This document shows positions 23,699 through 38,402 of a DNA stretch of 64,000 nucleotides, piece by piece; position 1 is the first letter of the stretch; every line of letters begins with the position of its first letter. Source of the stretch: Eledone cirrhosa (Eukaryota). A program made the translations under genes and the position numbers. The DNA is taken from the NCBI GenBank assembly GCA_964016885.1, contig OZ024743.1, positions 194,804,001 to 194,868,000 of the forward strand, given 5' to 3'. The notes below the pieces were generated by a model. It was not told the DNA's origin, did not search any database, and was given only the letters and a program-made list of their open reading frames with translations.

Positions 23699-24584
23699 TC
23701 ATATATACACCAGTATGTATGTGTGTGTGTCTTTGTGTGTGTGTCTGTATGTATGTCTGTGTGTTTGTGTAAACTAGGTAGACATTCAACCAAAAAGCTG
23801 ATAAAATAGGACCTAAAATTTAGAAAAATGCAAAGAAATAAATTGATATACTATACTGCAGTAGCGTATGAGACACTGTTAATCTCTGTTGTTCCATTCA
23901 TTTAGGAAAGTGAAAACATTTACTGTTTAAAATTTCGCACATGGGAAAACTTTCATTTTCCATTTTTTTTTTTACCATGTGAAGAGATTTCACTTTTTTG
24001 TGTATTAATATAAAATATTGATTCCTTTCAGGCCACTGCAACAATGAAAGTTTTTGTTTTGAAAACATTATTATATTGTTCACTAAGCAAAGATTGATAA
24101 AAAAAAAAATGTATGTAATATCACATAGATGCTGGACAATTCTCTAGTTTTCACTGTAGTATGAACATATCTCAGTATGTCAGTCATCTATATTCTGTCA
24201 ATAATTTGACAATAGCAATGCAGACTTAAAGAAAGCGTCTAATCTCTGAATATCTTTAATGTATTCCAGTCTATTTCAAGTACATCTTTGTATCTTAGTA
24301 AGCATTATAACTGTTATATTTGATGCATATGGACAATATGTCAGGGAAACAATTTTGCCCACCATAGAACTTTCTTATATCTGAAAATCAGGTCATAGAA
24401 TATGCGTCATTGTATCATTAACTCTTGCCGTGGTCGGCTGGTGAAACGGCGTAGCCAAATTAGAAAGGTCTTCAAGATAGACACTTGGAAATTAAGTCAA
24501 ATATATGACACTAAATGAAGCTAATGTAAATTTTATAAATTCCCACTACTATAGAAGGAAAAGACAAATTTGGTAAAAGATCAT

Positions 24585-24752
24585 ATTATAATGTTTTCTA
24601 ATTTAGGCACAACGCAAACAATTTTGGGGGAGGGGAGGTCGATTAAGTCGACTCCAGTGCCTTAGTGGTAGTTTAATTTATTGCTCCAGTAAGCATAAAA
24701 AGACAAAGCTAACATCGGTTTGATTTGAACTCCGAACGTAAAGGACAGCAAA
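24585..24752 (-). mobile_element. SINE truncated at the adjacent transposon end
   Basis: Tail to B box on the minus strand, ending at the TA next to the TIR. Confidence 0.7.
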
Positions 24753-24754
24753 TA

Positions 24755-25690
24755 CAGGGTGCTGACGATATCTAGGAAAATAGAACACAGCAGTTTTATT
24801 TTTAAAGATATATTTATCAAACTTCGGTCAGTTTGTCTTCATGATTTGTTCTTTCGATCTCACTCGATAAACCCGCCATTGTCTTTGATGACGGCATCAA
24901 GGCGGCCTCGGAACGGGCTACAGGCTTTCGTCACTGTCCCCCGATTTAGGCCCCTAAAGGCACTTGTGATCCTGACCTTCAGATCGTCTTTCGTATTGCA
25001 GCTAGATCTGTTGGTGTCTCGCTCCACTGCGCCCCACACAAAGAAGTCGAGGGGGTTGCACTCAGGCGAGCTGGGAGGCCAGATGTCAGGTGAAGGGTGG
25101 TCGACAAAGTTCTTTGACAGCCAGGTTGGATCTTTCGGCTGGTATGGCAGGGCGCTGAGTCCTGCTGCCACACGTATAGCCAACCTGCAGCTACCTGGTC
25201 GATCCAGGGCTTTACTACCTCGCTCAGAACGCGGATGTAGCCATCGGTGTTTAGCTTGAGTCCCTCAGAGAAGAAGTGAGGTGGCATGACGTCACCTTGA
25301 CTGCTAACGACACCTAAGACCAACTTTGTCTGCATGACTCTGGGTACGTATTTGGATGAGGCAGCGAGCCACCTGTTGTTCTGGGAGTTGATCTTCTGGT
25401 CTTGGCAGAAGATTTTCTCGTCAGACAAAAACCACAGCATGTCTCGCTCCGGTGGGTGTTTCAACTTGTTGATCAGCTTCTTTGAGTGCTTCAGTCGCTT
25501 TTCTTGCATCGCCTTTGACAGAAATTGTCCTTTCCTCATCTTGTATGAAACGTAGCGAATGTCTTCATGTACCACCAGCCTAATGAGCTTTTCATCCACG
25601 CCTTTCTCCCTTGCAATGGCACGCATCGACTTGCCTGGTTCATTGTTGATGATATCCTGAACTTCAGCGACGAACTCGGGCGTTACTAAT
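24755..25690 (-). mobile_element. Tc1/mariner DD37D (maT) transposon, 5'-truncated, frameshifted transposase
   Basis: FLSDEKIF, VWQQDSAPCHT, WPPSSPECNPLDF; 37 residues between the 2nd and 3rd Asp after restoring a 1-nt deletion; stop at 24860; end TA|CAGGGTG at 24753-24761. Confidence 0.88.
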
Positions 25691-26087
25691 ATAGGTACAA
25701 GGCCATCCACTGTGGGGAAGAATTAAATTGTTGAGCCTTAAATGGTACTTGAATTTACCGACACCAGAAGGATTAAATATAAATTACCTAAAATCATTTT
25801 AACCAACTCGAACTATTCTGCAAACACAACGCTCAAATGTTTTCGTAGTATCATACTTCTCTATTTTAGCTTGATAGATTATGAAAAAATAAACCAAGAT
25901 TGTCGAAGAAAATATTGTGCGGTATATACTTATGCTCCTTATGATATGAGTTCAAATCCCCCCTAGGTCAGTTAGATTAGCATTTTCCGAGGCCAATAAA
26001 ATAATGTATCAGGTAAATAATGGTGTCAAAATAATTAATTGTTCACTCACCATCTAAAATCTAGCTTTGTAGCTGTATATCATAGTA

Positions 26088-26312
26088 ATAATGATGGTTT
26101 CTTATTTAGGCACAAGGCCAACAATTTTAGGGTAGGAGGAAAGTCAATTAAATTGACCCCAGAGCGTTACTGGTACTTTATTTTATCGATCCTCTAAGGA
26201 TGAAAGGCACAGATAACATCAGCAGGATTTGAACTCAGAACATAAACGGGCGTAACTCTATCCCGTAACGCATGTTTTTTCGACGTTCTACTGATATTGT
26301 CAATCCACCGCC
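26088..26312 (-). mobile_element. SINE, long form
   Basis: Full reverse complement of the consensus; tail-to-tail with an old + copy at ~25868-26090. Confidence 0.85.
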
Positions 26313-26611
26313 AAAATAATAATATTTATTATTTCTTACATTGAAACAAGCCAGAACATTTGCTGCAATGGATGGAAATAAACACGAATCAACATAAATC
26401 ATCTAATGTTACTATTCTATCAAGCTTGTGGAGGAGAAGTAATATCTGAACAAGACAGATTTAACTTCGCAATATAGATCTAAGAACATATTTGCTGCTC
26501 AACACATCACTGTACTGTTACAATACTACCAATGTTATATAATAATTTATAATTACGAAATAAATAAACATAGCAAAATAAATGATGATACATACATACA
26601 TATATATATAC

Positions 26612-27138
<527 letters not shown>

Positions 27139-27571
27139 TGGCTGCCAACTCGTATTCGAGTACGGCCACTACTTTATATCCATGTAGGAGAACCCCTACC
27201 GATGCGCTGAACGAGTGTGACTTTTTAGTCCAGCCAGCGACTTGAAAACTTGGTACAGACACTACACTTGTGACAATTATTGACACATAGTGTTGGGCTC
27301 ATGGTACCATGTGACGACAAGTGCAGAGAGATCTCCAGATATAAAGCAATGCCTGTGCAGTGAAGCTATTATAGTGAGCAAAGGCACTGCACAAAGCCAG
27401 TTCCACTCTCTTAACCAAGATGATATTTACCAAAAAGAAGAAGAAGTCAACATCATTGGATACCATCAGGATTGCAGGTGTTATATCAGAGTTCTCCTTC
27501 TCCTAGAATTCTGCCTTGACAAAGGCTAAGGGGTCATCTCTCCCGTAATATATATATATACATACATACAC

Positions 27572-27665
<94 letters not shown>

Positions 27666-28029
27666 TTTGTTTGTATAGTGTATATTTATTTTTCCCAAAC
27701 GAAGTCTGCAGACTGACAAACTTTCGCAGCTTTGCGGAGAAAATTCAAGCTACATAAATTAGGAAAACAGTGATACTAACAAATTTATTGTAAAAGTTGC
27801 AGAAGTGAAAATAATGATAAAAAACAACTATACAAAAAACATAACTGGTTCTACAAATAATATCACAACGCTTGTTCACAAAAATATACAAATGAAAAAC
27901 TTTGATTAAGATTAAAATCACTCAAATATACGAAGATAAGGAACTCGTTTAATGGTAGCTCACCACGTACTGTTTTCCTATTACTATTTCCATAAATATA
28001 AACTACCACCACAAATATTACTGCTCCTG

Positions 28030-28054
28030 CTGCTACTACTATTACTACTACTAT

Positions 28055-28121
<67 letters not shown>

Positions 28122-28322
28122 TGTTTCATCATTTTAGCACAAGGCCAGCAATTTGTAGGGAAGAGGAAATTCGACTAAATCGACGCCAGTGCATTACTGA
28201 TTGTTTACTTTATCGACCCACAAGAATGAAAGACAAAGCTAACCTCGGTGGGATTTGAACTCAGAACATAAAGGGCCATAACTATGTCGCGAAGCCTGTT
28301 GTCCGATACTGCCAACCTACCG

Positions 28323-28382
<60 letters not shown>
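28030..28382 (-). mobile_element. SINE (28120-28322) flanked by (CTA)n tracts on both sides
   Basis: Reverse-complement SINE between two trinucleotide arrays. Confidence 0.85.
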
Positions 28383-28383
<1 letters not shown>

Positions 28384-29588
28384 ACACCTGGGCTGTTGCA
28401 ATTCTATGGTATAGCGTTAGGGTGATAGAATGGAGACGTGATAAAAACGAGGTTAATAGAAAGGCCAGGAAAATGATGACACTTAAAGGGGGTCAACACC
28501 CCAAAATTGACGTGTACAGGTTGTATCGACAGAGGAGAAGGGGGGCTCATTATCTGTGAAATGTGTGCGAAGTCCGAGGAAAATAATCTGGCAGGGTATG
28601 TAAAGAATTGAAAGGAGTGATTAATGACCGGAGGAAAAAGATAAAGGTCGTAATCAGTGATGAAGCAAAAGAAAACAGAGAATTTAAACAGGACAGACGG
28701 AATGATACGTTGAACAGAAGGAAAGAGAACAATATTATAGTTAATTCTGGAGTGAAAATGCCTCAAAGTGTTGAAAAAGACAGAATCTGAGAATGGACTA
28801 GAAAATGCGACTTGAAAGTTGAACCTGAAGCCCTTATTTTCTTAGCCCAAGAACAAACACTGAGAACTAAGAATATCGGGGTTAATATTAACAAATCAGT
28901 GAATATCGCACTTTGTAGGTTGATTGATGAAAAAGGTGAAACAATAAATCACCTTATTAGTGAATATAAGATGCTTGCTCAGAAAGAGTACAAGAGAAGG
29001 CATGACAACATTGACAGATTGTTTAACTGGAAGCTCTATCGTAAGTATGCCATGAGTAGTAGTGAGAAGAAATGGTATACGTACCAACGGGAAATGGTTG
29101 CTGAAACGAACTGCATAAGATCTTTTTGGACCTGACCATTCAGTGCGACCATTTATCATGACTAGAAAACCTGATGTTGTTCTCATAGAAAAGAAGATTA
29201 ATAAGGAGGTTACTGTGGATATTACTTCAAGGTGGGTACACTGTAAATTAGAAGGAAAGCGAAAATGTTGATAAACATCAGGAGTTGAAGAGGGAAACTA
29301 GGAAGCTTTGGAGAATCAGACATTTAGAAGTGTTACCGATTGTAGTTGTCGCACTAAGAGCAGTTGCTAGAAGGGTGGATGTATAGCTAGAAAGAATAGG
29401 AATTACTATCAGGACAGGATTGTTTCAGAAACCAGCCTTGCTAGCAACTGCAAGGATTCTAAGGAGGGTGTTAGAAAGTTGAAGGAAGAGGAATCACCCA
29501 AAGGACATTTGATCATTATCTATGGCTCGCTCTTGTAGGATAGTGTCAGTATAACATCTACCAGAACAAAAGCGTTGCAAATGATAAT
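28383..29588 (+). mobile_element. R4/Dong-clade non-LTR retrotransposon, 5'-truncated and degraded (RT C-terminus, zinc knuckle, RLE endonuclease)
   Basis: NTWAVAIL.YS..IEW, HPKIDVYRLY..RRRG, EALIFLAQEQTLRT, ETINHLISE..LAQKEYKRRHD, RKPDVVLIEKK, PIVVVAL. Confidence 0.85.
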
Positions 29589-29589
29589 A

Positions 29590-30055
29590 CTTGTTACTAA
29601 TTTAGGCACAAGGCCAGCACATTTGGGGGAGGGGAAGGTCGATTAAATCGACCTCAGTTCGTGACTGCTTCTTTTAAATATCGATCCTGTAAGGACGACA
29701 TGCAAAGAAAGCTAACCTCAGCGGGATTTGAACTCAGAACCTAAAGGGCGTAACTCTATCCCACGAAGTAGGGTGTCCGACGCTCTACCGATATTGCCAA
29801 TCTACCACCCTTGCCAAATCCACCGTCATAATAATAACAAAAGTATTAATGATTTCTACAAGAGACACATGGCCAGCAGTTTGTGGGGAGGGAAAAGTCA
29901 CTTAAAATGCCCACAGTGCATTACTGCTGCTTTATTTATTGACCTCATAAAGAAGAAAGGTGAAGCTAACCTCGGCTGGATTTGAACTTAGAACGCAAAG
30001 GGCTGTAACCCTATGTCGCGAAGCAGGGTGACCGACGCTCTACCGATTCTGCCAA
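29590..30055 (-). mobile_element. Two tandem SINE copies (29590-29790, 29850-30055)
   Basis: Reverse-complement consensus, twice. Confidence 0.85.
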
Positions 30056-30489
30056 AAGTAATAATAACTAGAGTTATTTGAATGTGGGATAGAAAACCTT
30101 GCGGTATTTATTCATGTTCTCAGCGCTCTCGACGTAAACCTCATCAAAGTTAACTTGGTCTTTAGCACTTAGTGTACTAGTAAATTACTAGCATCCCAGG
30201 GCATTGGTGGAAATGTTGGAGCATCAGATGAGATGATTTCCAGCAATTGTTCCAGCTCTTTGCGCTCTGGCATCAATACCTGCGAGGAAACTAGGGCAGA
30301 ACTCTATCAATATTTGCTGCTCCTTTAGAAATTATCTGTACGCGGAGGTAGGGGGCGTGTAGGCATATAGCATTGCGTGTATTCCATAAAATACCTTGCT
30401 TAGACATACGTTTTTGGGACGAACATTTCTGCTGTAGTCACATGGTTATACAGAACGTACGGAGGTTCTGGGATACTACTAAGTACAAT

Positions 30490-31230
30490 AATAATTCCAC
30501 TAGACGTCTCATATATGCACAAATATTCCTGGTAAGAAGAACAGCATTACCAACAACAATAACAAAAAAAACGAGCTCCAAATTATTACCGGATAAGACT
30601 ACTAATAATTAATAAGATTTTTTTTTTTTTTTTTGCAAAGTGCAAATAATATTTGGCAACCAGAAAAGTTAATGAAGATCTGAAAAATCTACAATTAAAT
30701 AACATCATAGGAACCAATATTCTAGAATATCCAGAAGCTGCTCTTATCACAGACTTTCTACGAGAATAAACAAATTAAAAAGAACAAAGCTATAATACTG
30801 GACGCACAACTTGGAAAAAAAAGATCTTAGTAAAGTTTCTTCAATTTCGAAAAACAAGAATAACACACGTAAACAGTGTGAGGAATACAAAGAAAAGATA
30901 AACTACGAAAAAAGTGTAAACAGTGTAATAGAGAAAAAAAAGAATAAATGTAATGTCGTCGAAAATAAATGAATTTCAACAATAGATCAAGCAATATCAA
31001 CAAAGCAACGTAATTAGGAATAATAAAAATATTCTACCAAGAACTGAACAGCGTCGAAGAACATTAATGAAGAGACAGATGTGGACGAATTAACACATTA
31101 ATTGTAAGGCACTACTGATACAACATTTGAACATAACACAAAATACAACTGTTGAAGACAGAATTAGAAGATATAAAACAAGGAGAGAACATCTATATAA
31201 CTAAAGAAAAACTCGAGAAATTTTTATGAC
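30490..31230 (+). mobile_element. Highly degraded R4/Dong-like pre-RT fragment
   Basis: QYQQSNVIRNNK..FYQELN-like segment; A-rich; many stops. Confidence 0.35.
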
Positions 31231-31384
31231 GTTGTTAGTGGTTGAAGAATAGTAGCGGCCACTACTTACGGTAGATCGGAGAGCTGCCAGTAACAGAATG
31301 GACTTCTATAACGACACAAGAGAGTAATGTGTTGGGTTTAAACGAGACGACGGGGAAAAAAAATCAATTAACTAAAAACACAAA

Positions 31385-31550
31385 CAATCGTCTCTGCTTC
31401 TACAAAATGTCTATCAATCAAATTCTACACACAAACTTTTGATTGGGCTAAGGCTATGGAAGAAGATCCTGTCCAATGTTGCGTATATTAGGATCGTAAA
31501 ATAAAGCAGGTTGTTGTCAAGTGATCCTCTAAATCACACAACCATAGCCA
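31385..31550 (-). mobile_element. Old copy of a second tRNA-derived SINE family
   Basis: Minus strand GGCTATGGTTGTGTGATTTAGAGG...CATTGGACAGGATCTTCTTCCATAGCC resembles, from memory, octopus CORE-type SINEs. Confidence 0.45.
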
Positions 31551-32101
31551 TGTCTATGAACAGTAAGCAAAACAACAACCTAAAGAGCCTCAGAGCAACC
31601 AGAATTTGTGAGTTCTAATTAACAGACTTCGCATGTGACCGCCCATTACGTTCTGAGTTCAAATAGTACCGAAGTAACCCACTGCCTTTCAACCTTCCGT
31701 GGTCGATGGAATAAAGAATATGTAAAGTACTGGCGTCTATATTATCGACTTCTTCTTCTACCTGTGCAGGTAATAGGCCTTAAATTAGTCATTATTATTT
31801 ATTAATAGAATAATAATTCTTGAGAGCAATTATCCCTATGATGGAGTGACTTTAATAAGCAAGTGTCACTTAAGTCACCTAGATTGTAAAGCCACTCAAA
31901 TTAATTAGTATCGATAATTAGTTTCTTAGCTTTACTCTCTCCGTCGCTCTTTCCTCTCTCTATAATAGAATATCCCCCCTCTCTATAATTTAACTGCTTT
32001 ACTCTCTCTATCGCTCTTCACTCTCTATATGACAACACTGTTTTAGTTTCCGTATCTCACTTCAATATATACACATAGAGAGAGAGAGAGGGGGGGAGAG
32101 A

Positions 32102-32135
<34 letters not shown>

Positions 32136-32259
32136 TTTAAAAAAAGATTAGGAAACTACACACACACTTCTACAGAGAGAGACAGAAAAACAGAGAAAGG
32201 GGAAATGAGAGAGATAGGCCGTTAGACAGAGAGAGATACAATTAAAGTGTTAGTTATTC

Positions 32260-32330
<71 letters not shown>

Positions 32331-32603
32331 CAGAGGGAGAGACAGAGGGGGACCAGCAAGTGAACGTTTCCAATGACGTTAAATCAAGTATCGGCATTAA
32401 AATAATTTTGAAATAAACAATGTGTATGATCAAATGTAGCAGTGATTGAAAAATAACGTTCATTTCCGGGGTATATCTCTGATCTGTCGTCGCTCGCATA
32501 AGTAACACACACACACACACATACACACATACACACACATACACACGCACACATACACACGCGCGCGCACACACACACGCACATACACACATACACACAC
32601 ACA

Positions 32604-32680
<77 letters not shown>

Positions 32681-32798
32681 CCACACATACTTTCACACCT
32701 GATTTCGTCAATTGCCGGATAACATCAAAACACAAACACACACATGCACATACACACTTATACAAACACACATACACACACACAAACACACACACATA

Positions 32799-32823
32799 TC
32801 TATACTTATAAAGCTGACGGTCG

Positions 32824-32857
<34 letters not shown>

Positions 32858-33020
32858 TGTATGTATGTATATTAACAACACAGCTTAACTCTTTCTTTTT
32901 AAATTCATTTGCTACGAAGTCGGAAGGACAATGTGACACGGGAGGATGTGTGGTATCTTTCCAGTGGAGTGGTGGGAGCAGGTATACCTAGACGGGTGAC
33001 AGCCGGACGGGTCATGCTAG
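32799..33020 (+). mobile_element. Non-autonomous Helitron (222 bp)
   Basis: A|TCTATACTTATAAAGCTG 5' end, internal (GTAT)n, GC-rich subterminal GACGGGTGACAGCCGGACGGGTC, CTAG|T 3' end. Confidence 0.8.
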
Positions 33021-33199
33021 TAGATTTATATATAGCAAAACTACAAAGAAGTAGATGACTATTCTATATTGCACACACAGTCCATTTGACAATTATATGA
33101 CGAGTGAGGTGTGTGAGTTGATATGTACAACTATATACATAGAAAAATCAATAGTGAAGCAAAAAGAAGAAAATATAGTAGATTAGTAGAAAAACTGTT

Positions 33200-33900
33200 A
33201 CTTGACAGTTTGTCAGCAAACAGAAAATAAAGCTAGAAAAGAACAGGGAAGTTTGGCTGAAAGTTGAAGGTCTAAAAAAAGGAAAGAAAAACCTTTATCA
33301 TTACTGTGCAAGGACAGCCTACTAGAACAAACCTTGTTAAGACGAAAATAGCCAAAATCCAGCAAGTAAATGTTGGATATATGGCAAGGTAGATGAAAGT
33401 TGTCAATCAATCAACTATTGCGTGAATGCCGAAGACTGTTCAAACAGAATACAAAACGATATGGCATGGTAAGCAAAAATACACTAGCATGTTATAGAAA
33501 ATTTTAGTTTAGAAGAAATGTAATTGAAAATAACTAATGTAAGGTCATGTGGAAGTACATTGCACAAATAATCATGTTAATGTTGCATGAATGCACGATG
33601 TGATTACCATACACAGAAAGCCAAATACGTTAGTTCCTAAATATTGCTATTGCTAGGATTGTCATACGGATAAAAAGAAACTATTGAAAAGTCATTGAAA
33701 TTGTTTAAATGATTTTAGGAACGTGGGTAACCTTTTCTAAACCATCAAGGGAGAGCTGAGAACAAAATGAAAGTAGATGTAATTACATCCTCAGAGGTGT
33801 CAGAAATATTTAATTTCAATTCTTTAAGAAGCCATAACAAAGCTACGCCAGAAAGAATTATGATCTCACGACACTACTCGTCGAAACCCGAAGCGATGCT
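33200..33900 (+). mobile_element. Degraded R4/Dong-like fragment
   Basis: TRTNLVKTKI..., GKVDES, LLRECRRL.QTEYK-like motifs across frameshifts. Confidence 0.4.
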
Positions 33901-34949
33901 GATATAATTGAAATCTGATTTAATATGTATCATATCTATACAAAATGTGCTCTCATGTTAAAATGTGGCGGCATTTAGATGATTCCGGATTTGCTCAACA
34001 GATCTCAGAATGACGAAACGTAATGTTTCTCACATTGGCAATAGAACGCTGAGAAAAAAATGACGATATATATAGATTGCTGGAAGGAGTTTATATAAAG
34101 GCAGGGTAGCTCGCGAAGAAAGTAATTGATGCAATGTCAATCACTGATCTATATCATTAGAAAAAGAAAACTATAATTATCACTATTAACGTAACACCTT
34201 ATTGTTTTTAGAAAACTGATCTTGTAGTTTATTGCATTCTTTTTGTATCATAATTATTATGGAAGTGTTATAACTCATACCATTTTGGGAATCCCTTAAG
34301 TCCAAATATTCCAGACAGTTACCAATGTACAATTCGTGCGAGATTGTAGTGTCTCCAACTGTACCTCTTTTGTGGAAATAAACTATGTATAAATTATGTG
34401 GCCACCGTTTCTCTTGTTGCTCCACGCAGTCTACACAAAGCAGATTCTCCTATATGGTCAATCCCGAACTTCACATAGGTACGTCGTAATGCCTACTCTG
34501 AGCTGCAAGGATCAAATCTTATATTTCAACTTTCTAATGAAATGTGTGAATCAGTCTGTCCATTTCAGTATTGTTGAATTTTATCACTTTTTAATAGTGA
34601 AAAAAATATTGATTATTATGTAGATATGCAAAAGAAAGAAAAAAGCAAATTTAAGGAAAACGTGGAAAGGGTAAGGAAAGACTGATGTGGCTGTATGGGA
34701 AAATAGAGGAAAGGACTATAAAAGCTACAAATGGGAGAAAAAGGAGGAGGGAAATCAAGGACTCTAGGAAGACAGTTAATGTCTTAAATAAAGCTAAATA
34801 TGAGCTTTCCTAAGTGAAAACATTGTGTAAATAAATATTTCTGTCTATAGGGATATTATACCTGATATTCTAAAGCTGTGTTGACAGCTATTTTCCTGCG
34901 TTCGAGATGTTCTACGTTTCTAAACATTTCCACTCAGTCGGTACTTCAA

Positions 34950-35490
34950 TATTTATTATTATTATTATATTGTCCTCCCTCGGGATTGATTTTATTTCCC
35001 AGATTAGTCAAGATAGAGGACCAGATCCAGTTGTCTTGGGTTTCATGACATTGTTTCCTTCTTTTCAATATTTATCCAATACCTTTCGTAAAAGGTTTCT
35101 GTACAATTTCCATTTTAATATTGAATTCTAGTTTTTCTATAAATTTATCCAAATTCTCTGTGATCGTCTGTAAGGCGCCAACGACCACTGGTATGACGAC
35201 CCCATTTTCCCTCTTCCACGTTCTTGAAATGTCATAATTCAGAGGGCAGTAATTAGTACACTTTCGTTTCCTTCTATACGAGTATCAAAAGTTAAATCTA
35301 TCAACTAACATTTTGTTTCTATTTTCGATTACAATGATGTCTAGTCTATTATGATCGAGTCGTTTATTGGTTTGAATGGGTAAATTCCATAACATCTTGC
35401 TGTCTTCCGATTCCAATACTTTCAACAGTTAATACATTTACCATTGCCTGCCTTGTCAAATCTCCACCTCTCACACATTTTCTATTTCCT
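34950..35490 (-). mobile_element. R4/Dong-clade 3' fragment (RLE endonuclease end)
   Basis: KMLWNLPIQTNKRLDHNRLDIIVIE and VIPVVVGALQ on the minus strand; ends in (TAA)n. Confidence 0.7.
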
Positions 35491-35505
35491 CCTCCTATTC
35501 CTTCT

Positions 35506-35506
<1 letters not shown>

Positions 35507-35573
<67 letters not shown>

Positions 35574-35574
35574 A

Positions 35575-35632
<58 letters not shown>
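35507..35632. repeat. (TAG)n microsatellite
   Basis: Direct reading. Confidence 0.97.
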
Positions 35633-35633
<1 letters not shown>

Positions 35634-38402
35634 AGTGAGAAAACTGTGTTAACACATGGCTATACGATTTCCACATTTATCATATTTCATACAAACCTAC
35701 GTAGAATCATTAATCAAATGTTATAGATTCTTTCATGAGCTCATTATAAATGAGTTTAACTCTGCTCTTCTTGAGTCAGATGACGCTATGTTTAGTCAAA
35801 GTTCCGAAAATAACTATACAGATTTGATAATTTTACATATAAATATGTTTAATTTACGTTGTGTTTATATATAAAGATGTTTTCAATCATTTTCAAATCT
35901 ATTACCAGCAACACCATCCAGTAATATATAAAAAATATGATGTAATTTTATCATTTACAGCATATATTCAAATGTTTCATTTTATGTATCTTATAATGTT
36001 CTAAATAAAAATATAGTGAAAAAATGTGGTTTTAAATTATAATTTGATTGTTTTATCTTTAAAAAAAAAAATCTATCCATAACAACATCATAAACGATTT
36101 ATTAATCTGCATTGTTAACATCGAAATTTGATTTCCTTCCACCATTTTAGGTTGTGATGCTGTGAATCGGTTTTAACTCATGCGCATAAAAATGTATATT
36201 TAAAATATTAAATTGAAAACAGAAAGCATAAACATGTTTTAAAATTATTATCATTGACTTTAAGGTAAAATGATTGTTCTTTACATTCCTTTTTAACAAT
36301 GTAAGGTGGGTCGCAAATTTGACAACTTAAAGAATCTTTCAACAACATCAAATGCTTTCTGAAAGCATGATGTAATTGGAAAAGTGGAAAATTCGGACAT
36401 TTAATAAGGGCTATTTTGGGTGTAGGCAGGAAACTAGGGGCTCTGTTCATTGCATTTTCAAATGATATTTAGAAATTTTAGTGTTAACTACTTTCTAAAT
36501 TCTGGGAGTTTGGCAGTATTTGAGTTCAGGTATATTGTAAATGAATGTATTTCGTAATTTTTCATGTATTGCCGATTCTGAAGTTTGGATCTTTCCTATG
36601 GCCTTTATCGTATATGACAGGAAATGGGAGGGCAAGTTCAGAATTTAAGTGAAGTGTACGTATCGCCCGATTATTTTTTAACTTGAATATGACTTTTGTT
36701 GACTGATTTTAAAGAAGAGTGGTAATATAATTTAATTGCTGTTGGAGGGTGCATATTTTATTTGGAGGTATGTTGCTCCTTTTAAAACCTCTTAGTGCAG
36801 CTAATTCGTCTTTTGTGAATTATTTTGGGCACAGCTACTTTGTTGTCGTTTTTTGTGTTATTTCATTATTTGTTTTCTACTAAGTGTTGGCATATAGTTT
36901 TGAGCTTTGAGTTTATAAAATTGACAATTTCATTACAAATTGTATTTCAAATTATTATTTCGTATGGAGTTGTTTATGAAAGCTTTAAAGATATTTGTTA
37001 CTGCAGTATATTTGTGATTCTGATGTTCTTAAATTCTGAAAATTGTCATTTCATCTCAGGTTGAAAATATTTCTACCAAAACGTTTTAGTTTGTGTTTCC
37101 CTCGTAAAAATCGTGGGTAGATTAGTCGGAGGATATTTAGAGATTAATTACGACCATGTGCTTCTTGTATATAAGTTCAAGAAACAATACATTGTATTCG
37201 AAGGGTAGTTATTAATGTTACTTGTGCTTTTAAGTAGGTATTGAAGAGAAATTTCGTAAATTTCTGTAATGATTTCTTCTACACATTAGTGTCATCAGCA
37301 TCAATGGAGTTTATGAGTGTATTATGGTTCATCTAGGGTCGGTTTGAAGTAGAATATGTGCTGAGGTTGGTAATGTATTTGAGTATCATATTAATATCTA
37401 ATGATTGGATTAAAATAAATATTTGACAACTTAGATTTTGGCTATTTCTATGCTCTGTTAGAGTTAGATCGCCATTTATGGAATATGTTATACTGGATGG
37501 TATGCAGGATTAAGTTAAAGTGTTCAAGCTGGTCATAAACTAAATTTACTGTCCATATTTATTGCCAGTATATGTCTAAGTATGTTATTAGTGTTACTAT
37601 TTGCCGACTAACTGATATCAAATATATCAATCAAAATCCTTTTATGGTAAAAGAAATTATAGGCATGGTAAAAGAAATTATAGAAATTATAGTCAAGAAA
37701 TTATAGTCATAGAGACAAAAAACATTCTCTGGCAATGCAAATTGTAATTTCAAGCGACAGTTATGCAATATCTGGTATCTATTAGCACGTAGTAGCTAAA
37801 AAGTGTCATATTGAATTGAATCATGCACCAAAATAAGATACAATTTCGACAAACATCCTGTGAACAAACAATAGATAAATAGGTTACACTTTCAATAGTT
37901 ACGTCCTATTCTTCTAGAACAAGAAGAATACATGAATTATTATTTTTAGAAAGTAGGGTATCATTATTTGAAGTAACTGTTTATCGCTATCTAAAAAAAA
38001 TCGTAAATAAGATTAATTCAGTTACAAGTATTCTCATGAACAAAGTTCCCTAATGTAAAATGCAAGCAGAAACTAGCATTTATTAAATAAGAATTGAAAT
38101 TAAATTAATTCATACATTGATCGAATCACTCTAAGACGTCAATTCATATGAACTATATATATAATATTCTGACAAGACAGTTCAATAAACGAGAATAACT
38201 GGCTCAAATCCATATACCATTATGTGTCTTGGCATTACATCAGAGGGATTGCATTCAGGAATTAGAACATATATTTATATTTGGATTTTCATGATATTAA
38301 TGTGATTTTGAAAACTTTGTCAGAGTACATTTTCGTCCTAAAAGTTTATGAAGATAGAAATTTGAAGGTTTCATATACTTCTACTTATATATTTATTACC
38401 AG

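Noticed and set aside
36200-37560. Very old Naiad-like PLE on the minus strand
   Set aside because: Only faint motif echoes (CQIC, IFYFKP); too degraded to support.
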